DNA of 58,338 nt, from NCBI RefSeq assembly GCF_001194135.2, contig NC_068981.1, positions 62,093,696 to 62,152,033 of the forward strand. The letters run 5' to 3'. The notes beneath the pieces are model-generated. The model saw only the letters and a list, made by a program, of their open reading frames with translations. It ran no database searches and was not told the origin of the DNA. The position numbers and the translations under genes were made by a program. The stretch comes from Octopus bimaculoides. Its lineage: Eukaryota. This document shows positions 50,654 through 58,338 of the stretch, piece after piece; the first letter of the stretch is position 1, and each line of letters begins with the position of its first letter.

Positions 50654-51774
50654 GTATTAGTCTTCTAGTTTCCAAGGCATATTACAAAATGATTTTCATA
50701 AGTAACCGCTGAACACAGTCGAATCAAAGTATTTGAGGTCTATCGCACGAAAACATGAAATCACTTTTAATACACAACTTTCAATATAGAAATTTAGGAC
50801 CACACTCTATCAATGACAATTACTTGATAAATATATTGAAGTATTCTGTAGTAATGCCAACTTAATAATCCAGTTATATGAATTACGTAACTAAATGTTG
50901 AAGCTTTATATTATCTTCTCAACTCTGTTTGGCATTTTATAATTTTAGAAAAGAGTGTTCAGCTTATAAAAGATATCTTGATGTAACGAATATCATCTAA
51001 CGTGTCTTATGGCCACAACCACACTGCCTGCATTCACGCTGTCAACGACCAGTCGTAATACGGCGCGGATAAAAGCCAGAAATCATTATCATTGATTTCA
51101 GTGATATTTTTGTTTTTATTTCTTTCTTTTTTTTCGCTTTATAAACATTGGATCGTGACAATACATCCATACAACTGAATCACTTACTACTTCCTGAAAA
51201 ATAAATGTTACTAACCACACTTGAAATCATATAGGAAATGTTTCAGTAACATCCGTTTTTTCTTAATTGTGTATCTACATTTCATAGTCTATTTTACACG
51301 CCATCATTTGACGAGAAAAGCGTTGAGCTATGACTAATATTAAATTAAATACTATTTAATCATAAAATTGGCACGCTAGCAAACATCGTGGATAGTTCAA
51401 AGAGTTTGCCGCTGTAAATAGGAAACGGTACTTGTTGGCATCGTTGAGGTGGAGACGACAGCGAACAGTAGGCAAGAGAAAGTGGAAGAAATGGAAACTG
51501 TAACACTTGAAAGTTGAGTCTGTAGAAGGCAATGCTAACAGACAGAAAAAGGCTGATAATTCGATAAAGACATATTATAGATATATATAACGGTGTACTT
51601 CTACATTGCTTCCACGAACTAAGGTTCTGCAAAACACCACTGCAGATTATAGGCGAAAACGATAACAAGACCACCGCCGAGCAGTTAAATAATGGTGTAA
51701 TAAACACACACAGTAACTATATTCAATAATTCACCGATTGTAATATAACAAGAAAACAAGCGGACGATTTTCGG

Positions 51775-53545
51775 ATTTATTTATTTTAAATCATCTACAA
51801 AGAGTTAAACATAAAGGGGACAACACACGAAAAGACAAAAACTCATAAGCGGGGGAAAAAAAACGAACGAAAAATTATGAGAGAAAATTAATGGAGAGTT
51901 AGAATGACAGCAACTCAAGCCCCACACTCCGAGTAACAACATTGAACTCTTTTACTACCAATTACTTTATTAAAGTCTTTCTGTCGTATTCTAAAATATC
52001 TAGAAGACTCAACTTCGATGGCATTGTTTCGATATCGGCTTCAATGTTTGTAAGGCACACACTTTTCTCGAACTTTCCCTTCAGTCTGCGAAACTGCCCT
52101 CCGCCAACAATAAAACATCTCATATTTAAGGGATACTTCATGCAAGCAGGAATACCAATTTTCACAATATCTTTTAAATTATTTCCTTCTTCAGCACATT
52201 ATTCAATTCATTGAAAGCTATAACACAACTCTTTTCGCAGGTTGGGGGATGGATAGATTTAGGGCTCCTGTATGTTTGCTTATGTGTCTATGGGGTCAGG
52301 GTCAGCGTCATTGGTTGGTGGGGGCAGGTCACGGACTAGTGTCTGCGCGAGTAGTGTGGGATGGAATGGAGAAGGCAAGGGTTTTTGTTGGGTGTGTGCC
52401 ATCATTACTGGTGTGGTTTCGCTACCTCTTCTTTCTGTTTCTTTGGGTGATTTCATTCCATCTATTTGCTGTTTCTTCCTCCACTTCTTTGTCCTTCTTT
52501 TCCGTCGCACATGGCTCCTCTTTGCATATTCCCTCATTCGACGCCGAAATAGTCGAGAGTGCATTTTCCCTTACCACCGCTGGGACCACCGGTGCCTTTG
52601 TGGGAGGTGGCGGGCATTCTGCTCTTATGTGGCTCTTCTGGCTACACTTGTAGCAAAGCGGCTTTCTTCCCTCTACTACAACCCATAATCACTTATCACC
52701 CACCACAATGGTATCGATGTTTTTTCCAAATCCACCGGAGCAGCCTGGATGACCATTTCCAGTCCCTGCCCCAGCCAGTTCTTTGTTGGTGTTTTCGTGG
52801 CTTGGACGATTGACATTTTCTCCTCCAAGCCCATTGTAATCACCGCTACCAGCCGGGCAACATTCACCTCCGGTGGTATCTCCTCTACCCTTACCCTGGA
52901 AGCACGTCTTCCAAGGTAAGATGGTAGTAATATAATTTCCTCTGTTTTCAGGTAGGCCACGGAGTGTTGGTTGTCCTTTTCGTTTGTTGTAAACTGCACT
53001 TCCACTGTAGCATATCTGGCACCCCTCTCAAGGTACGATATTTCTGGCAATGGGTTCCAAGCACTTCTCAATTTGAATCTTGGTTGTCATTACAATTTTT
53101 TTCTCCCTGTTGATAAATGTCTTAAACATCACCGTTGTCTTGCAAATGAGCCTCGTAATTACGCTAGGAGGCGCGGGTTCTACCTCCACCCACCCCCCTT
53201 TTTTTCAATATATCTTGGTATATAACCAAAGTCATGCTTTCAAACTCGACATTACTCTTAGACACGTTGGCTGCCACCGCAAAGCTTTTGATACTTTGTC
53301 TGTTTTTTTTTTCTTTTCCTCCTCATGCCAGCTCCTCGTACATGCCACTCATGAGATAAATTAGTTCACCATCCGAAAACCCCACGTCGGATGAGCTTAT
53401 ATCTTCATGTTTCATCATAGCGCCCCCATCAAACAAGGGCAAACAACAACTGGACCACTACAAAGCAGTGAAGCAACAGTGCTTTGCAAACACACAATAA
53501 CAAAGTTCAGCAAACCAGCAAATGCAATATGACAAGTGAAACTGA
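51775..53545 (-). mobile_element. ORF1-only non-LTR retroelement with a CCHC zinc knuckle, degenerate
   Basis: Frameshifted ORF ~53350 to 51962 with RKPLCYKCSQKSHIRAEC (52655-52614). Inr-like TCAGTTTCACTT 5' end, ~190-nt 3' UTR ending in (AAAT)n, and no EN/RT sequence. Confidence 0.7.
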
Positions 53546-53736
53546 CCGTAATTCACGACGCCAACACTTGGCGGATTGATATCGAATTAATTGATTTATT
53601 TACCATAAGGTTTACACACATAGGAGTCAGACAAAGGGCCAGGGAGTGATTTGCCCACAAATGACGAGAATTATTTATACAAATTTATAATAAATAAAAT
53701 ATATATATTGATGATGATGAATTGATGGACGGGCGT

Positions 53737-53786
<50 letters not shown>

Positions 53787-53829
53787 NNNNNNNNNNNNNN
53801 NNNNNNNNNNNNNNNNNNNNNNNNNNNNN

Positions 53830-53862
<33 letters not shown>

Positions 53863-53866
<4 letters not shown>

Positions 53867-55250
53867 GAGGAAGGGAAGTTGCTGATGGTTATATTCCATA
53901 GTGAAAAGAATGTTTACGTCAAGTCCATATATAAATGCTTGGAATTCTTTACGTTTCTCTATATTTTCATACCAAAGAATGAAACATCATCCAGGTGTCT
54001 CTTCCAGTTATTTTCTAGGTAGAGGGAGAATGACCAGCCGTATTTTTCTAGAACCTTACGATAAAGACTAATTTCTAGATATCCCATGACTAGGTTAGCA
54101 AGGGAGGTGGCCATTCTCGTACCCATCACAGTCCCCGATTTGTGTCGATAGAAGTTGTCTTTGAAGACGAAGTAGTTATTTCCCAGGATTTATTTTAGCC
54201 CTTCTATCACGAATTCTTTTTTGATGCGATGTGGGAGTTCGTTGGCTTACTTCTGTAGCCAGAATTGAATTTCCTCTATTCCTAGGTTGTGGGGGATATT
54301 GGAATAAAGGTTGACTACATCGAAGGATACTAATAGGGTGTTTTTGTTTATTGTTTTAGGAAGGTGATTGAGCATATCCAGGTCGTCCCTTATATAGCTT
54401 CTGACATGCTTGAGGAATGATTTTAAGAGGGTACCTAAAATGTTACTGTTATTATATGTCTCAATTTGAGGTCATTAGGAGTAGGGATTTTGATTGTTCT
54501 GTCTGGCTATCTTGCATGCGTTACATATTTTCTCACATTGTGTATCTTGGGAATACCGTTGAATTGACTGGTTTAACTTTTGAATTCGTCATATAGTCAT
54601 ATTCTTTGTTGGTGAGCCCTTCTCTGTATAGGATTAACATGGATTTTAGGTCTCTCATTATTTTCTGCTGACTGTAGAGTTTAGCCTTTTCATAATATGT
54701 TATGTCTTCTAATATGGATAGTACTAGGGTTATATAGAATACCGTGTCCAATAAGACAACTGCATTCCCTTTATCAGCCTCTTGGTTATTGTTTTGTTAC
54801 CTTTTAACTTGTTCAGCTCAGCCCATTCTTTTTTGCTGAAGTTTGGTTTGTGTTTTTGTTTGTGCATAAACTGATATGGGTAATTCAAGATGTGTTCACA
54901 GAAATTATCAAGAGTTTTGTTCTTACCTTTTGAGGTTGTGTAGCTACTTTTATTTGGGACCAACGATTCGTCCTCGTTGTATTTGTCGTATAGCTCCTCA
55001 GCGAGTCGTAATTTTGTACAGAATTCCGCGATGTCTTCTTGCATTTCATTGCAGTTGGGATGTTGTGGGGTGAGTGTAAACTTGAGCCCTTTGGAGAGTA
55101 TATTGATTTGGTTGGGTGTTAGTTCTTTGTGAGTTAGATTGATAATTTTTATCACTTTTGGTTCCTCCTGTCTGTTTGGTGTTGTCTTGCGTCTCTGTGT
55201 TTGCGTATTGTGTCTAAAAAATTATTTCGGTGGTTGGGACAGTAACTAGT
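53863..55250 (-). mobile_element. Penelope-like (Neptune-type) reverse transcriptase fragment
   Basis: ILSKGLKF, ADKG, PKIH, LVSFDVVNLYSNIPH, GTVMGTRMA..LANLVMG, RHLDD, FTMEY..LPFLD. Breaks into (TA)n. Confidence 0.9.
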
Positions 55251-55557
55251 ATGAAGATGNNNNNNNNNNNNNNNNNNNNNNNNNNNNNNNNNNNNNNNNN
55301 NNNNNNNNNNNNNNNNNNNNNNNNNNNNNNNNNNNNNNNNNNNNNNNNNNNNNNNNNNNNNNNNNNNNNNNNNNNNNNNNNNNNNNNNNNNNNNNNNNNN
55401 NNNNNNNNNNNNNNNNNNNNNNNNNNNNNNNNNNNNNNNNNNNNNNNNNNNNNNNNNNNNNNNNNNNNNNNNNNNNNNNNNNNNNNNNNNNNNNNNNNNN
55501 NNNNNNNNNNNNNNNNNNNNNNNNNNNNNNNNNNNNNNNNNNNNNNNNNNNNNNNNN

Positions 55558-55605
<48 letters not shown>

Positions 55606-55607
55606 CA
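55558..55607 (+). repeat. (GATA)n microsatellite at gap edge
   Basis: Direct reading. Confidence 0.95.
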
Positions 55608-56089
55608 GTAATGCAGTAAGTTTTATGAAATGGCTTATCTTTCAAACGCAAAGGCACATCCTCAGAAGTAAGCTGTCCAAGAAATGTCTAGTTACATCGT
55701 ACTTGTTATTTTATTGCTACGTTGTTATGCTGCCCCATTGTGCCTGATATATATAGATTTTGTAAAACTTCTGCATTTTTAAAAGCTTTCTTTTTCTGCA
55801 CTGCAATTCTCCAGGCGAATTACAACGCACTTATTATTTTCATTACTTTAAAAGTTATTCAACAAATGTTCACTAAGTACAGTTTTCTACTGGCCTATTT
55901 TGGTTAGTGAGAAAAAGGAAGGATATTGTCCTCTGATGAAAGAATAAGATTGGGCCTCACTTCGGTTGCCAAGCATAGGGTAAAAGATAAAGTCTAACTT
56001 CCTAAATTATGTCTTAAATGCAGCTAATATCTTTCAGTTATCGTGTATCTTTATCTTTTAAGATTTAGTTCTGTCTGCCATTACAATGG

Positions 56090-56415
56090 AATAATGCTGG
56101 GCAACTGCATTGAAGATTTTGGTCGAACAGATCGCCCCCAGTAAATATTCTTTAATTTTTAAAGCCTAGTACTTATCCGATCGGCCTTTTTGCCGATGAG
56201 AACATAACACACTGACATCTGTTGTCAAGCGGTGATAGGGCAAACAACGCGCGCGCATGCGCACGACACGTTTCGTTCAGTTTCCATCAAACAAATTTAC
56301 TCACAAGGATTTAGGCTGCCCGTGGCTATAGCAGAAGACACTTGCCCAAGGTTCTACACAGTGAGACTGAATCTGGAACAATACGGTTGTGAAGCAAATT
56401 TCTTACAACACGCCT
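56090..56415 (-). mobile_element. SINE family C, near full length, diverged
   Basis: ctatagcagaagacacttgcccaagg, cagtttcc, aagcctagtactta motifs shared with 40645-41015. Confidence 0.75.
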
Positions 56416-57269
56416 GCGCGAAAATTTGAATGTAGTGAAACTTGTGTCTGTCTTTGCAATGAAATTAAGAGACAGTTCAATACACATTATTACAATTCGA
56501 TTACAATTGTTGCCTCTACGTTAAATTATAATGTTCTAAAACACGATGTATGAATTTTAATATTCTTATATATTTAGACTGTTTAATGTATTTGTTTTGG
56601 GATTGTATTATTGCTTAACACACATAAATTCTGGCCTATAGATTAAAGAGAATAACGATTGGTTTCTTAGTTTTATAATTTCGTAACATATTATAACGGT
56701 TATTAAATAACTCAGACAATGAACTAAAACATCAGAGATACCATTCTCATCAAAAGCAATATTTAAGATAGAATGATTATATTTCATGCATGAACATTAA
56801 AAAGATAACTACAGATAATTATGCAGTCAGTATAAACAATGACAATAAATAATATTCGTTTGCAGGCGTATTAAAATGCGGAGTAGGTAGAGTCCTCAGA
56901 TAGTCGGTCAAAATTCTGCAGTATTGTTTACATTCGCGTTTCGAATGTAGGAGTTCAAACCCCATTGATGGATTTCTCGAGCGCTGAGATGATAACATAA
57001 CTGTTAAGCAGTGAGATCAATATTATCGGTTAAAGCTTTCGCTCGTGTTTCTGAACTAACATCTCTTTTACACAGAATATTTTTCAGTCATAATAAAACC
57101 GAATCAAAAGCGGTGATATAAGGATAAAATAATTCAAAATAGTTTTATCAGTGGCCAGCATGGGAAAAATAACTTTTAAGGTGAAAATAATAAATACAGT
57201 TATGAATAAGAGCAAAAGAAAAAAATTTATTTGCCAATATGCTGAAAACACAAAGAAAAACAGAGGACA

Positions 57270-57424
57270 CTAAATCGTCTAACCACATGCAATAATTTCA
57301 CTACTATTATTATACCGCATGTCGAAATGAGGAAAGCATTTTAACTAACTTTTTATGACTTGCTTTCCTCGTTTATATTTTCACTAATGATAGTGAAAAT
57401 AGTCTATGTGGTTAGACAATTTAG
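57270..57424. mobile_element. Small foldback/MITE with nested hairpins
   Basis: ctaaatcgtctaaccacat...ttcacta pairs with tagtgaaa...atgtggttagacaatttag. Inner arm aaatgaggaaagca pairs with tgctttcctcgttt. Confidence 0.75.
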
Positions 57425-57499
57425 CACCAGAAAAATGCGAGATGATATAAATAGATTACAAAAATAATGAAAACCAAAACAATGTTGTATTATTACTCA

Positions 57500-58290
57500 A
57501 TGTTCCTATATCTCGGGACTATGACCCATTCTTTTGGACATTTGGAAAGGGAGGTTGGAAAAGGTCATTACTCAGATGTGTAGAGAGGAAGAAGGAAAGA
57601 GGAAGGTGACATGTACAAAATAATGTTGCTATAGCAACCGGTTTACTGCTTGTAGCGCTTTCTTGTTTGGTTGTTAATGGCTAGGTGTTGAGAATGAGGA
57701 ACACCATGATTCTAAGATCGGTTATGGATACCTTGAAATACTGGGTCTGATAATTCTTTAGGTGTTTTTTTGACTGAAGTGTATCCGCGCATATTTTCTT
57801 TTATTTTAAAGTGTAATTTCATGATGGTGCTCTCAATGTAGGATGCCCCATATTTTCTGCAGATAACATTGTATAGCACGAAGGCCTTCGAATCAGTTTT
57901 GAAGTTAAACCAGTAGCATGCACCCCGTCTGTATGTTGACTCCCTCTCTACATATCGCATGTTGTTTGGCTACAGTTGTTCTGTTATTGAAGTAGGGTAG
58001 TATAAGGAAGCACATTTCAAACTCGGGATTATTGGCCCTTTCATGTAGCGTACTCATTTTAGAGTCTTTTTTAGATACAGACGTTTGGCTAAAGATGGCA
58101 AATAGCCGCTGAGTAATAGTATCCTCAAGATCATACTCAGCGTATGTGTTAATCTTCAATATCATCCTAGTATTTTTTATCGAGACACCATTTCTAGAGG
58201 GATTTGTCTGAAACGACTCAGGAGATACCCTCTAACCATAATCCTTAAAATTTGAAGTGAGCTGTCCTGCCGTCGGTGGGCACCAACTCA
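57500..58290 (-). mobile_element. Penelope-like element 3' part (thumb plus GIY-YIG), degenerate
   Basis: ILKINTYAE, LILPYF, FVLYNVICRKYGASYIESTIMKLHFKIKENM, DLRIM...; a decayed hammerhead-like motif follows at 57540-57501. Confidence 0.65.
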
Positions 58291-58338
58291 GTAGCCTGAG
58301 TTCCGGAGCTATTTATATATATATATATATATATATAT

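Noticed and set aside
51360-51707. 115-aa minus ORF
   Set aside because: No motif, splice signal or coding-like composition on either strand.

Overview
AT-rich eukaryotic DNA from a gapped draft assembly (10 N-runs, most flanked by microsatellites). The tRNA-derived SINE families look like those I recall from Octopus/cephalopods; that assignment is from memory, not a search. I see no rRNA, tRNA gene or CRISPR array. Almost all ORFs in the supplied track are spurious or are shadows of decayed transposons. The one plausible host CDS is absent from the track: a minus-strand Asn/Thr-rich frame starting at ATG 291 and running off the window start, with candidate non-coding upstream exons (4127-4218, 10363-10390) and a possible promoter/first exon near 36.7 kb. 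The rest is intron/intergenic DNA dense with mobile elements: mariner (DD34D), Tc1, DD37D-type, MITEs/foldbacks, RTE LINE fragments, two R4/Dong-like RLE fragments, several Penelope-like (PLE) fragments and four SINE families. The best leads are: (i) a ~1.8 kb ORF1-only (zinc-knuckle) non-LTR element whose 3' tail matches the tail of a tRNA-SINE in the same window; (ii) three minus-strand type-I hammerhead-ribozyme-like motifs, two of them inside ~320-355 bp terminally redundant units resembling PLE pseudo-LTRs or retrozymes. All three hammerhead cores carry substitutions, so activity is unproven. All protein matches below are by-eye motif recognition, not database results.
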